Source: Candidatus Paceibacter sp. (GTDB taxonomy: Bacteria; Patescibacteriota; Minisyncoccia; UBA6257; JAGOQP01). Taken from it: a stretch of DNA of 64,000 bases. Location of the stretch: NCBI GenBank assembly GCA_020724905.1, contig DYGB01000002.1, forward strand, positions 29,425 to 93,424, given 5' to 3'. Positions 1-10,135 of this stretch are shown one piece after another. Position numbers and translations under genes: made by a program. Below the pieces are notes generated by a model. It was not told the origin of the DNA and searched no databases. It saw nothing but the letters and a program-made list of their open reading frames with translations. Numbering within the stretch: position 1 is the stretch's first letter; each line of letters starts with the position of its first letter.

Positions 1-299
1 GAGATACGGGAGCTATGGCGCTGGGAATTACCATGGGGGTTATTGCGCTCCTTACCAATACCGTACTTTTTCTTCCTCTCTTTGCTCCTATTCTTGTTAT
101 TGAATCACTCTCAGTTATTATTCAAATGTTTTCAAAGAAAGTTTTTAAGAGAAAGATATTTCTTTCCACTCCTATTCATCATCACTTTGAAGCGTTGGGA
201 TGGCATGAGACACGGGTAACGATGCGTTTTTGGATTATTACCGTTGTGGCTAATGGAATTGGTCTTGTGATCTTCTTTCTTTCACGTATGAGTTCATAA
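1..299 (+). CDS. mraY: Phospho-N-acetylmuramoyl-pentapeptide transferase, C-terminal part (truncated by window start)
   Basis: (G)DTGAMALG at window start, ESLSVIIQ, PIHHHFE and RFW motifs; position before ftsW/murG. Confidence 0.95.
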   Translation, partial: DTGAMALGITMGVIALLTNTVLFLPLFAPILVIESLSVIIQMFSKKVFKRKIFLSTPIHHHFEALGWHETRVTMRFWIITVVANGIGLVIFFLSRMSS

Positions 300-301
300 C
301 T

Positions 302-1801
302 ATGATACGACTTTTTAAAAATGTACGCGTTGTTGATGGAACAGGAGGAGCTATCATCCAAGGGGATGTACTTGTGCGAGATGATACTATTATGGCGGTA
401 GGGAGTTTTCCTTCGTACCGTGCCGATGAAGTTATTTATGGACATGAGGGATATCTTACCCCTGGATTTATCGATCCTCATGTTAATTCTGACAAATACC
501 TTACAATATTTTCTTCACCTGAAGCGAGTGATTTTCTTAAACAAGGAGTGACCAGTGGTATTATGGGACACTGTGGATTTTCTCTTGCCCCACTTCTCTA
601 TGATGATCTGCTTTCTCATGCAAGATGGAGTAAAGATGCATTAAATATCAGCTGGAAGAGTATTGGGGAGTTTCTTTCTATGCTTGATAGTATGCATGTA
701 GGGATTAATATTGGTACCTTGGTGGGACATCACATGTTACGAGATAGTATCGTTCATAATCCTGAGATGTTTTCAAAATTGAGTGCCAATGAGTTGCGTA
801 TTGCACGTTCTCTGCTTACCTCATCTCTTGATGAAGGAGCACTTGGATTTTCTTTGGGACTTGGATACAAACCATATACTGATACTTCATACTATGAAGC
901 TCGAGCACTGTGTGATGTTGCTTCGGGGAAGAAACGTGTGTGTGGAGTGCATCTTCGTAATGAAAAGGAAGATGTTGAAACATCAATACAGGAAGTTATT
1001 CGTTTGTCTCGTGATACTTCAGCACAGATGGTAGTGAGTCATTTTCGTCCCTTTAAGGGATTTGAAAGTTCTTTTGAGCGAGCACGAGATCTTCTTGTGG
1101 GTGCATTTGAAAAAGAACATATTTTTGCAAGTATTAATCCATTTCCACATAGCTCAGTGGGGATTGATGAGATTCTTCCTCCAGATCTTCATGATGATGA
1201 TCGAGGAGCATTTGTTCATCGACTTAAAGATGAAACATTTGCAAAGAAAGTTGAACGGTATTTCCCTCCTATTGATGCCGATACGACATATATTGTTTCA
1301 GTTCCTCATATGGATTTTCTTAATGGTGTTCCTCTTTACAACTTTGCAAAAGAACGAGAGTTGAGTACTGCAGGAGCGTTGGTTGAGTTGATGCGCATTA
1401 GTCGTCTTAAAGCAGTAATGCTCTATGAGAACCTTTCTCAGGATCATATTGATGATATGCTTTTTTCTCCTTATACCTTGATTGCATCAAATAGTCCTCA
1501 TATTGATTCTATTCGTATGCATAAGCCACCACGAGCGTATGCAACGTTTTCAGGGTATCTTGCAAAGGCTCAGGAACGGGGAGAGGCTCTTGAAGAGGTA
1601 ATCTACAAGGTTACAGGACTTCCTGCACGTCTGTATCGTCTTTCACGACGTGGTGTTATCAAGAGTGGTGCTCGAGCTGATCTTGTTCTGTTTTCACGAG
1701 ATATGAAGGTTCAGAAAGTATATGTAAATGGAGAGTGTGTGGTAGAGGAGGGGAATTATATTGGAAAGGAAGGAATGGGAAGAGTACTTGAATCATCATG
1801 A
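302..1801 (+). CDS. N-acyl-D-amino-acid deacylase-like amidohydrolase, degenerate metal site
   Basis: VVDGTG, PGFIDPH, GHCGFS, TLVGH, VHLRNE, TGLPA..RGVIKSGARADLV motifs. Confidence 0.85.
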   Translation: MIRLFKNVRVVDGTGGAIIQGDVLVRDDTIMAVGSFPSYRADEVIYGHEGYLTPGFIDPHVNSDKYLTIFSSPEASDFLKQGVTSGIMGHCGFSLAPLLYDDLLSHARWSKDALNISWKSIGEFLSMLDSMHVGINIGTLVGHHMLRDSIVHNPEMFSKLSANELRIARSLLTSSLDEGALGFSLGLGYKPYTDTSYYEARALCDVASGKKRVCGVHLRNEKEDVETSIQEVIRLSRDTSAQMVVSHFRPFKGFESSFERARDLLVGAFEKEHIFASINPFPHSSVGIDEILPPDLHDDDRGAFVHRLKDETFAKKVERYFPPIDADTTYIVSVPHMDFLNGVPLYNFAKERELSTAGALVELMRISRLKAVMLYENLSQDHIDDMLFSPYTLIASNSPHIDSIRMHKPPRAYATFSGYLAKAQERGEALEEVIYKVTGLPARLYRLSRRGVIKSGARADLVLFSRDMKVQKVYVNGECVVEEGNYIGKEGMGRVLESS

Positions 1802-2964
1802 GATTATTTTCTCAAAAACTTCGGATACTTGGACATGCTCCTGATGGTGCATTTCTTTTTGCTATTCTTTTTTTAGTGGTAGGAGGACTCTTTGCGCTTG
1901 CTTCTGCATCATCTGATATTGCTGCAATTCGATATGGTACTCCTTCCTATTTTCTTCTAGGACAGATTCTTAAAGGATTGCTTCCTGGAATTGTTGGATT
2001 TTTTATTGGGTATGTTGTGTATTATCGACGATGGAAACGAGTTTCCTTTTTCCTCTTTGCACTTAATATTGTACTACTTCTTTTGGTATTTACTCCCTTT
2101 GGCTATGCAGCCAAAGGGTCACATCGATGGATTGAATTGGGGCCTCTTTCATTTCAACCCTCTGAGCTTTTAAAGATTACTTTTGTACTTTATCTTGCAT
2201 CACTTTTTTCAAGTACTCATGTTCGTTCTATGAAAGGTTCTTGGAAAATGGCACTTGTCTTTATGGGGTTAAGTGCATTAGTGGGGGGACTTATCTTTCT
2301 TCAGCCTGCAACAACAATGGCGGTAGTGATTTTGTCTTCAGGGTTTATTATGTTTGTCTTTAGTGGTGCACGAGCAAAACATATTATTTCAGTACTTGTG
2401 CTTGCTGGGGTTGTTGTTGGATCTCTTGTTGCTTTGACTCCGTATCGATTTGATCGGTTCGTGCCGTTTTGGAATCAGATTATTGCCATACCGTTTCCTT
2501 CACTTGCTATTGATGATATTGAAGTTGATTCATTTCATGTGAATCAGTCTCGTATCTCTATTGGTGCAGGAGGAATTAGTGGTGTGGGGTTTGGAGAATC
2601 AACGAGTAAATATAGCGTGCTTCCAGAACCAATGGGGGACAGTATTTTTTCTGTTATCGCTGAAGAGTTTGGATTTATCGGATCGATGGTGGTAATGGTG
2701 CTCTATGGCATTGTGTTTTGGCGAGGAACTGACATTGTTAAAAAGAGTCGTGATGATTTTGCTCGGTTGGTAACACTTGGATTTGTGAGTATTATTACCA
2801 TACAAACACTGATTCATATTGGAGCAAATAGTGGAATTGTTCCCTTTACTGGGATTCCACTTCCGTTTGTAAGTTATGGAGGAACAGCGCTTGCTATCTC
2901 TTTGACTATGATTGGTGTGATTGCTAACATATCCAGACACACAGGGAAACATTCATCGTTATAA
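1798..2964 (+). CDS. ftsW: SEDS peptidoglycan glycosyltransferase FtsW
   Basis: RWIELGPLSFQPSE, LPEPMGDSIF, PFTGIPLPFVSYGGT; precedes murG. Confidence 0.93.
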   Translation: MRLFSQKLRILGHAPDGAFLFAILFLVVGGLFALASASSDIAAIRYGTPSYFLLGQILKGLLPGIVGFFIGYVVYYRRWKRVSFFLFALNIVLLLLVFTPFGYAAKGSHRWIELGPLSFQPSELLKITFVLYLASLFSSTHVRSMKGSWKMALVFMGLSALVGGLIFLQPATTMAVVILSSGFIMFVFSGARAKHIISVLVLAGVVVGSLVALTPYRFDRFVPFWNQIIAIPFPSLAIDDIEVDSFHVNQSRISIGAGGISGVGFGESTSKYSVLPEPMGDSIFSVIAEEFGFIGSMVVMVLYGIVFWRGTDIVKKSRDDFARLVTLGFVSIITIQTLIHIGANSGIVPFTGIPLPFVSYGGTALAISLTMIGVIANISRHTGKHSSL

Positions 2965-2965
2965 T

Positions 2966-4090
2966 ATGAAACAACAAGATACTCGTATTGTCGTATGTGG
3001 TGGGGGAACAGGGGGGCACATCTACCCACTTCTTTCTGTTATCGATGAGATAAAGCGAATTGCCTCAGATGCGTCACTTTTCTACGTTGGAGCAAAGAGT
3101 ACTTATGGAGCTGAGTTTGTTTCTCGGGGAGTGGCGGTAAAGACAATTGGTGCGGTGAAACTTCGTCGTTATTTTTCTTTACTTAACATTATTGATATCA
3201 TTCGGTTTCCATTCGTATTTCTTCATGCACTCTGGCATCTCTTTTGGATTATGCCCGATGCTGTGTTTTCAAAAGGAGGGACAAGTTCACTTCCGGTAGT
3301 TTGTGCAGCGTGGCTCTTTCGTATTCCTTTGGTGGTACACGAGTCCGACTCTCTTCCAGGGTTAAGTAATAGCATTGCATTTCGTGTGGCTGCTCGTATC
3401 GGTCTTGCATTTCAAAAGACACGTGATCTTGTTTCAGGGTCCCATGTTGCTGTTGTGGGAAATCCAATTCGTTCATTTCTTTTACGGAGTGATGAGGATA
3501 TTAAAAAACCACAGGCACAGAAATTATTTGGATTTTCAGCTGACCTTCCTCTCATTCTTATCCTAGGAGGATCACAAGGATCAGTTCGTATCAATCAATT
3601 TCTCTTAGATATTGCTCCAGAACTTGTTGAGAACTATCAGATACTCCATCAGACAGGAGCAGATCATTTTGAACGATTTAAAAGAGAGCTTTTAGTGACA
3701 CTGAAAGATCTTTCTCCTCAGAAACGTGATCGGTATCATGTTATTAATTTCTTTTCAAAAGATTTAAAGGAAGCACTTATTGCAAGTGATTGTGCAGTGA
3801 CACGTGCAGGGAGTGGAACGTTACATGAGCTTGCCTACTATCATATCCCTTCTCTTATCATTCCTCTTGAAGAGTCTGCTCGATCACATCAAACATACAA
3901 TGCCTATGAATTTGCAGAACGGTTCAAAGACACCTTTCGTGTCATTGAGGAGGGGAATTTATCCGATTCTATCTTTTTTTCTCAGTTAGAGAAGCTTTTG
4001 AAGCAAAAGGGGACTGAGAGAGCTCCACTGGTAGAGGATACTACAGCACGTATACTTGCCTCAGAGATCGTTTCAATCGCACGAGGATAG
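2966..4090 (+). CDS. murG: Lipid II synthase MurG
   Basis: GGGTGGHIYP, HESD, GNPIR, GGSQGS, HQTG, TRAG motifs; ATG at 2966 just after ftsW stop. Confidence 0.96.
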   Translation: MKQQDTRIVVCGGGTGGHIYPLLSVIDEIKRIASDASLFYVGAKSTYGAEFVSRGVAVKTIGAVKLRRYFSLLNIIDIIRFPFVFLHALWHLFWIMPDAVFSKGGTSSLPVVCAAWLFRIPLVVHESDSLPGLSNSIAFRVAARIGLAFQKTRDLVSGSHVAVVGNPIRSFLLRSDEDIKKPQAQKLFGFSADLPLILILGGSQGSVRINQFLLDIAPELVENYQILHQTGADHFERFKRELLVTLKDLSPQKRDRYHVINFFSKDLKEALIASDCAVTRAGSGTLHELAYYHIPSLIIPLEESARSHQTYNAYEFAERFKDTFRVIEEGNLSDSIFFSQLEKLLKQKGTERAPLVEDTTARILASEIVSIARG

Positions 4091-4140
4091 AGGGCTATTT
4101 CATTTGTTTTTAGCTATTTTTGGGGGTATACTTATGATGT

Positions 4141-5595
4141 ATGAATAGGCCTGTTCGTGTACGAATTGCCCCTTCTCCTACTGGATATCTCCATTTAGGG
4201 ACCGTTCGTACCGCATTATTTAACTACTTATTTGCCAAACAACATGATGGCCAATTTGTTGTGCGTATTGAAGATACTGATCGGGGACGTTCCCTTCCTA
4301 TCTATGAACAGGATATTCTAGAAGGGTTAAAGGACATCAATCTTGCCTGGGATGAGGGGCCTGATATTGGAGGTCCTCATGGTCCATATCGTCAGAGCGA
4401 GAGAGGAGAAATCTATGAGCGGTATACAAAAAAACTTCTTGATGAGAAAAAAGCATACTGGTGTTTTTGTTCAAAAGAAGATCTTGATGCTGAGAGAAAA
4501 GCTATGTTAGCTCAGGGACTTTTTCCTAAGTATAGTGGAAGGTGTCGTTCTCTTCCTCGAGAAGATGCAGAAAAGAAACGAGCAGCAGGAGAAAAAGCAG
4601 TCTTACGTTTATATGTATCTGATGGACGAACGGTATCTTTTTCTGATCTTATCCGTGGAGAGGTAAGTGTGAAGAGTGGCTCTATTGGAGATTTTGTTAT
4701 CGCAAAAAGTGAGAAAGAACTTCTCTACAACCTTGCTGTTGTTATTGATGATTATGAAATGGAGATATCACATGTGATTCGTGGAGAAGATCATATTTCA
4801 AATACACCACGACAAATCCTTATTCATGAGGCATTGGGGATTGAGCCTCCTGTCTATGCACATCTTCCTCTTATTCTCTCACCTGACAAGAGTAAATTAT
4901 CTAAGCGAGCCTTAGAGACATCGTTTCGAGAATACCTGTCTCAGGGGTATTTACCCCAAGCCCTTGTTAACTTCCTTGTGTTGTTAGGGTGGCATCCTGA
5001 TGATGAACAGGAAATCTTTTCATTGGATGAAATGATACAGGAGTTTAGTCTTAAACGGGTAAGTAAGAGTGGTGCAGTGTTTTCACTTGATAAGTTGGAA
5101 TGGTTTAATGCTCACTATATTAAACATCTTCCCTTTAAAGAACTTCTTGAAGTACTCTGGGATTTTATTCCTCCTGTGTGGAAGGAACAAAAAGAGCGTG
5201 TTGAAAAGATTCTTGCTATAGAAAGGACACGCCTTAAAACCTTGTCTGAATTTGAAAAACTCGCATCATTTTTCTTTGTTCCAGAAGAGTATGATACAGA
5301 ACTTCTTGTATGGCAGAAAATGAACCTAGAAGAAGTGAAAGAAAAGCTCACTGCGGTACTAGGTCTCCTTGCGAATGTATCAGTATTTGATATTGAGACA
5401 CTTGAGGCTGCGCTTATGCCCTATGCTCAGGAGCAGGGGAGGGGTGAGGTGCTCTGGCCACTTCGTGTTGCACTTTCTGGACGAAAGAAATCTCCAAGTC
5501 CTTTTGAGATTATGAGTGTGCTTGGGAAAGAAGAAACGATAAAGCGCATTACCCGTGCCTGTGAAAAAATAGATGCTTATGAAACAGCAACATAA
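4141..5595 (+). CDS. gltX: Glutamate--tRNA ligase
   Basis: RIAPSPTGYLHLG, RIEDTD, IRGEDH, KLSKR. Confidence 0.97.
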   Translation: MNRPVRVRIAPSPTGYLHLGTVRTALFNYLFAKQHDGQFVVRIEDTDRGRSLPIYEQDILEGLKDINLAWDEGPDIGGPHGPYRQSERGEIYERYTKKLLDEKKAYWCFCSKEDLDAERKAMLAQGLFPKYSGRCRSLPREDAEKKRAAGEKAVLRLYVSDGRTVSFSDLIRGEVSVKSGSIGDFVIAKSEKELLYNLAVVIDDYEMEISHVIRGEDHISNTPRQILIHEALGIEPPVYAHLPLILSPDKSKLSKRALETSFREYLSQGYLPQALVNFLVLLGWHPDDEQEIFSLDEMIQEFSLKRVSKSGAVFSLDKLEWFNAHYIKHLPFKELLEVLWDFIPPVWKEQKERVEKILAIERTRLKTLSEFEKLASFFFVPEEYDTELLVWQKMNLEEVKEKLTAVLGLLANVSVFDIETLEAALMPYAQEQGRGEVLWPLRVALSGRKKSPSPFEIMSVLGKEETIKRITRACEKIDAYETAT

Positions 5596-6841
5596 TATAC
5601 AAAGATTTTTTATTATACTACAGATATGTGCACTCCTCGCTGGGGGTGTTTCATTTGTGTCTGCTGATGAAGCTCTTGATGCACAGATTCGAGAAAAGAA
5701 CCAAGAGTTACAGGAAATTCAACAACAAATTCTTCAACAGCAACAACTTTTAGAGCAGACGCAACGAGAGAAACGAACTGTTGAAACTGAATTGAGTCGT
5801 GTAAACGCACAGATTCGACAGATTGATTTGGGAATTCGTTCAAGTCGTTTAACAGTTGATAAGCTTGATCTTGAAATCTCTTCTCTTCAAGAAGAACTGG
5901 TAAAAGCTCAAGAATCTATTAACCAAAAAGCAGAAACGGTGACTGATGTGTTACGACAGGTACAAGAACGTGATACTGATAGTATGTTGGTAGTACTTTT
6001 AAAACACAACAGTCTTTCCGAGAGTTTATTTGAAATGCAGGCACTCAGTGATCTTAATGTGAATCTTTTAGGGCGCATTGCTGAGCTTGAGGAGGCTCAG
6101 CGGAATCTTTCACGTGTTCTTGAAGATGCAACAGAGGCACGACGCAAGAAATCTATTGAACAGGCAACACTTGAAAACAAACGTGTTATATCAGAAGAAC
6201 TTCAAGGAGAAAAAAAACAGATCCTTTCTCTTACTGAAAGCCAAGAACAAGCCTTTGAGAAGAATCTCAGTGAACTTGAGGAACGTCAACTTGAAATTGC
6301 TCAAGAGATTGTAGAGATTGAATCTCGTCTTCAAAATCAAATTGACTTTACGACACTTCCAGATAAACTTCCTGGCCTCTTGGCAAATCCTGTTCCTGAG
6401 CGTTATACCATTACACAGCTCTATGGAAGAACACCTGATGCTGTTCGTTTTTATAAGAGTGGTTTTCATAACGGTATTGACCTTGCCGCTCCTGTAGGGA
6501 CAAAGATTGTTGCTGCTGAGGATGGTGTTGTGCTTGCTGCTGCGAATCAAGATCTCTATTGTCGACGAGGTGCGTATGGAAAGTTTGTTTTAATACAGCA
6601 CCCAACACTTGGTCTTGCTACTCTGTATGCTCATCTTTCATATATTTCAGTTAAAAAAGGGGATATAGTCAAGAGAGGGGATTTGATAGGGAATATGGGG
6701 AACACAGGACTTTCAACAGGATCGCATCTTCATTTTACCTTGTATGATGCAGCAACGGTTGAAGTGAGAGCATCTCAGTACTGTGGTCCTGAAATGCCAT
6801 ACGGAGGTTCTATTGATCCACGTAATTATGTGTTATTCTAA
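5573..6841 (+). CDS. Coiled-coil M23 peptidase (EnvC/murein hydrolase activator-like)
   Basis: Signal peptide, long coiled coil, HNGID, LYAHL, GNTG.STG.HLH. Confidence 0.9.
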   Translation: MLMKQQHNIQRFFIILQICALLAGGVSFVSADEALDAQIREKNQELQEIQQQILQQQQLLEQTQREKRTVETELSRVNAQIRQIDLGIRSSRLTVDKLDLEISSLQEELVKAQESINQKAETVTDVLRQVQERDTDSMLVVLLKHNSLSESLFEMQALSDLNVNLLGRIAELEEAQRNLSRVLEDATEARRKKSIEQATLENKRVISEELQGEKKQILSLTESQEQAFEKNLSELEERQLEIAQEIVEIESRLQNQIDFTTLPDKLPGLLANPVPERYTITQLYGRTPDAVRFYKSGFHNGIDLAAPVGTKIVAAEDGVVLAAANQDLYCRRGAYGKFVLIQHPTLGLATLYAHLSYISVKKGDIVKRGDLIGNMGNTGLSTGSHLHFTLYDAATVEVRASQYCGPEMPYGGSIDPRNYVLF

Positions 6842-6859
6842 ATAAGTAATATATTTCAT

Positions 6860-7120
6860 ATGGAAACCCTTATACAAATACTGTTGAGTCCGATAAAAAC
6901 CTTTCTTGAGGAGAATGGTCTATGGGATGATATGGTAAACCTTTACCATAAGGCAGAAGGCGTTGTAGAGGCTATTAGTGGATGGTTTGGAGTTGAGACA
7001 TCTGGAGACTCTGATCTATGGGGGTTTATTGTAGGATTTTTTAAACTTCTCTTCCAGATTGTTGTGACCGTCTTTAACGTTATTATTGACCTGATTAATT
7101 GGGTATTGGGGCTCTTTTAA
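6860..7120 (+). CDS. Small hypothetical membrane protein
   Basis: 86-aa ORF directly after the M23 gene; hydrophobic/amphipathic C-terminus. Confidence 0.7.
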   Translation: METLIQILLSPIKTFLEENGLWDDMVNLYHKAEGVVEAISGWFGVETSGDSDLWGFIVGFFKLLFQIVVTVFNVIIDLINWVLGLF

Positions 7121-7197
7121 AGCACTCCTCTTGAAACAGTATATATAGATGTCGCAAAACATATATTGTGCGACACATAGTTATTCTTTTACTCTCT

Positions 7198-7226
7198 ACT
7201 CCCCTTTGTTTTTAGGGGAGTTTTTT
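7198..7226. terminator. Intrinsic terminator hairpin
   Basis: ACTCCCCT...AGGGGAGT followed by a T-run, between convergent genes. Confidence 0.7.
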
Positions 7227-7651
7227 ATAGTGTGATCTTTGTAATATCTTCTACACATATCCATGCGGCACCAATTCCAAATCCTTTCTTGGTAATATGA
7301 AATGGTTTTGAAATCTTTTTAGGATGGGTGAGGGTAAGAAGAACACAGTAGCGGGGTAGTCTCCCCCACTCTTTGGGGGTAGTCTTGGTGAGACAGGCAT
7401 CTTTTGCGTATCTATCAAGAATATCTTGTAATTCTTGAGGGGTATGTATTTCATATTGTGTGACGTTGGATATTGTTGCCTGTGCTGTTATCTTTTCTCC
7501 TGCATTTTTGAAATAAATAGTCTCCCCTTTTTAATACTCTATTCCAGGGGGCTCTTTTTGTTTAATACCATCGTGACTCCACCTTCTTTTCTTTTGAAAG
7601 TATTTTTGGAATGAGTCCCCATGATTTTTTCATGATGGCAATATGATCCAT
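7225..7651 (-). pseudogene. ASCH/PUA-like domain protein, disrupted by a stop codon and a frameshift
   Basis: Manual translation: MDHIAIMKKSWGLIPKILSKEKKVESRWY*TKRAPWNRV, then +1 shift to KGETIYFKNAGEKITAQATI...KGFGIGAAWICVEDITKITL*. Confidence 0.75.
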
Positions 7652-7674
7652 GTCTTTATGTTATAATTGTACAT

Positions 7675-8448
7675 ATGGCAAAACAAGATCCACGAGTATT
7701 CATGGAAGAGTCAGGATATGATATCAATGGTATTTGGTATCCTCGTGTTACTTCTATTGTAGGGATAAAAGCAAAACCAGCGTTGTATCGTTTTTATGGT
7801 GAGTTAAAAAGTTTTGATGAGGGTGAAAAGATAAAAGAGAAGTCAGCCACCGAAGGTACTCTTATTCATGATACCGTTGAAGATTTATTAATTGGAAAAG
7901 ATGTTGCTGTCAATCCTTCAGTTGCTCCTGCTATTGAAGCATTTCAGAAATTTACTGAAACAACACATATCTTTGCTGATAAGGACTATATTGAGAAACG
8001 TATTGCACATACTACTGAACGCTATGCAGGGACTGTTGATGCCCTCGCCCTTATTGATGGCAAGTTTGGTGTCCTTGATATAAAAACATCTCAAGCTATT
8101 TATCGAGACTACAATCTTCAAACAGCAGCCTATATTGCTGCCCTTATCGATGAGCTCCCTACATTACAGACACGCTGGATACTTCGTATTGATCAGCATC
8201 AGGTGTGCTTAGAGTGTGGAGCAAAGAAACGTATGAAAGGTGGACGAGAGAAGATACGACTCCCCTGGCAGTACAGAGAAAAGGCTCGTGCTCAGAATTG
8301 TGAACATCGCTGGGATGATCTTATTGGGGAAATTGAATTACAAGAATTTCCTTTTTGGCGCAGTGATTATCAAGCATTCTTGGGTGCAAAGAAGCTCTGG
8401 GAGTGGGAGTATGAAGAGGTTCTTAAAACAATTGGGTATCTTCTATAG
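7675..8448 (+). CDS. PD-(D/E)XK nuclease family protein
   Basis: PRVTSI, GTLIH, E..YAGTVDA..LDIKTS, LQTAAY; Cys insert CLECG...C. Confidence 0.8.
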   Translation: MAKQDPRVFMEESGYDINGIWYPRVTSIVGIKAKPALYRFYGELKSFDEGEKIKEKSATEGTLIHDTVEDLLIGKDVAVNPSVAPAIEAFQKFTETTHIFADKDYIEKRIAHTTERYAGTVDALALIDGKFGVLDIKTSQAIYRDYNLQTAAYIAALIDELPTLQTRWILRIDQHQVCLECGAKKRMKGGREKIRLPWQYREKARAQNCEHRWDDLIGEIELQEFPFWRSDYQAFLGAKKLWEWEYEEVLKTIGYLL

Positions 8449-8569
8449 GGAGATACTGTTGAATAATGAGTGGTCCTGGATTTTCTTTTCCAAGAAGGTA
8501 TCCAAGAATAAATGTTATAAAAAAGAGAAGAAACAGAATAAGTACAAGAATAACAATCTTTTTGTTCAT
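8423..8569 (-). CDS. Small single-pass membrane protein (48 aa, not in ORF track)
   Basis: MNKKIVILVLILFLLFFITFILGYLLGKENPGPLIIQQYLPIEDTQLF*; starts 6 nt after the exonuclease stop. Confidence 0.7.
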   Translation of the reverse strand: MNKKIVILVLILFLLFFITFILGYLLGKENPGPLIIQQYLPIEDTQLF

Positions 8570-8575
8570 AAGTCT

Positions 8576-9271
8576 TTAAAAACGTATGTACTTGTCCCAG
8601 TACTGATAGAGCTCTCCTGTTGAGATAATGTCTCGTGCATTGTATTCAGCAATATCAGCACTCTTTCCTTCTTTAAACAGATTCCATACATCGTTTCCAT
8701 CAACGCCAGCTTCTTTAGGGCTTTCTATTCCAAATGCTTTAGTCCACATATGGAGTGGAAATTTTCTTCGTACTGATCCATAGAAGGTAAGTTGATCAAG
8801 GAGATCGATATGAATAGCATTCCCAGGTTGGTATGAGGTGTATCGATTAGACATAAGATTTTTTGATGGTCGCATACCATGGATGGCTGATCGTACCATC
8901 ATATAGGGAACATCAAATCCCCTTCCATTAAACGAAATAAATTCATCGTACTGTTTTGCAATATCCCAAAACATTTTTAAAATATCTTTCTCACTCCCCT
9001 CTTGTATATCAAGCCCTTGAGATGTTTGTTTGGGAAGGGTTACTCCTTCCTTTGTTTGTATAAAAATAGCTCCTTTTTGTGTTTCTGGGTTTAAAACTCC
9101 AATTGCAACAATTTCTCCAGTGAGAGGATAAAAGCCTGTTTGCTCTTTAATAAGCTCTTTTTCTTCCTCGCTTTCAGCAAATTTGACAAGGTATTCTTGT
9201 GAGATTTCATCGAGCTCATTGAACTCTGTTCCTATGGTTTCAATATCGAATACAAGTGATGCTGTTGACAT
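8576..9271 (-). CDS. 3'-5' exonuclease, RNase H-like/PolB proofreading-related (DEDDy)
   Basis: FDIET, FNGRGFDVP, HIDL, YNARD. Confidence 0.88.
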   Translation of the reverse strand: MSTASLVFDIETIGTEFNELDEISQEYLVKFAESEEEKELIKEQTGFYPLTGEIVAIGVLNPETQKGAIFIQTKEGVTLPKQTSQGLDIQEGSEKDILKMFWDIAKQYDEFISFNGRGFDVPYMMVRSAIHGMRPSKNLMSNRYTSYQPGNAIHIDLLDQLTFYGSVRRKFPLHMWTKAFGIESPKEAGVDGNDVWNLFKEGKSADIAEYNARDIISTGELYQYWDKYIRF

Positions 9272-9328
9272 ATAAAATCAGTATATACTATAATGAGGCG
9301 TATTGAAAATATAGTATATTTCTAAGTT

Positions 9329-9613
9329 ATGGCACATACGAAACAGCTCGGTTCGACGAGGAATGGACGAGATTCACGTTCAAAACGACTTGGAGTGAAA
9401 CGTCAACACGGGCAAAAAGTGAATACAGGAGAGATTCTTATTAGGCAACGAGGCACTCGGTATCTTTTTGGTACTAACGTACGACGTGGAGCTGATGATA
9501 CTCTGTATGCATCTACAGCTGGAGTTGTTGCTTTTAAGACGGTAAAGAAAGAAACGTTTAATGGAAAGATTCGATACGCAACAATGGTAGATGTTGTTCC
9601 TCAGACTTCATAA
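9329..9613 (+). CDS. rpmA: 50S ribosomal protein L27
   Basis: [28 protein letters not shown]. Confidence 0.97.
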   Translation: MAHTKQLGSTRNGRDSRSKRLGVKRQHGQKVNTGEILIRQRGTRYLFGTNVRRGADDTLYASTAGVVAFKTVKKETFNGKIRYATMVDVVPQTS

Positions 9614-9633
9614 GTGAGTGTTTGAAAAGAAAT

Positions 9634-9665
9634 AAGAAGAGATGGAATAATCCATCTCTTTTTTT
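9634..9665. terminator. Bidirectional terminator between rpmA and rplI
   Basis: AAGAGATGGA-ATAA-TCCATCTCTT flanked by A/T runs. Confidence 0.8.
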
Positions 9666-10131
9666 ATTCTTTTTCTATGGTGATAGAAAGAGAAAGAGGA
9701 GTGATATAGTCCTCTCTTCCTATGCGGAGTGGGATCTCATGCTCTCCTAATTCCTTTATCGGTTTTATATCGATGTGTACATCTTTTTCTCCAAACGATG
9801 TGTCTTGTGAAGAAAGAAACGTTGCAACTTTCTTTTTTATATCTTCTCCATGAAGTGAGGTGAAGAGTTCTCCCCCCTCCCCTCCTTTGAGAGTAAATAC
9901 AAATGATTCATTCTTTAATTTTTTTGCGAGTGTTTGGATATGAGCAGCTTTTGTATCATGCTCTTGTTTCTTTTCTTGCTGTATTTTTTCAAAGCGAGCG
10001 ATAAGGTCAGGAGTCGCTATTTTTGCTTTTCCTTTAAGGATGAGAGCATTTTTTGCATATCCTGGTGATACATCAACAATATCTCCTTTATTTCCTAATT
10101 TTTCTATATGGGTGAGAAGTTGTATTTTCAT
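9664..10131 (-). CDS. rplI: 50S ribosomal protein L9
   Basis: LGNKGDIVDVSPGYAKN, PIKELGEH. Confidence 0.93.
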   Translation of the reverse strand: MKIQLLTHIEKLGNKGDIVDVSPGYAKNALILKGKAKIATPDLIARFEKIQQEKKQEHDTKAAHIQTLAKKLKNESFVFTLKGGEGGELFTSLHGEDIKKKVATFLSSQDTSFGEKDVHIDIKPIKELGEHEIPLRIGREDYITPLSLSITIEKE

Positions 10132-10135
10132 GGTG

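Noticed and set aside
7150-7176. NrdR box-like sequence inside the inverted repeat TGTCGCA...TGCGACA
   Set aside because: Partial single match with no nrd or nucleotide gene downstream.
7675-8448. Cas4/CRISPR locus
   Set aside because: No repeat-spacer array or other cas genes seen anywhere in the window.
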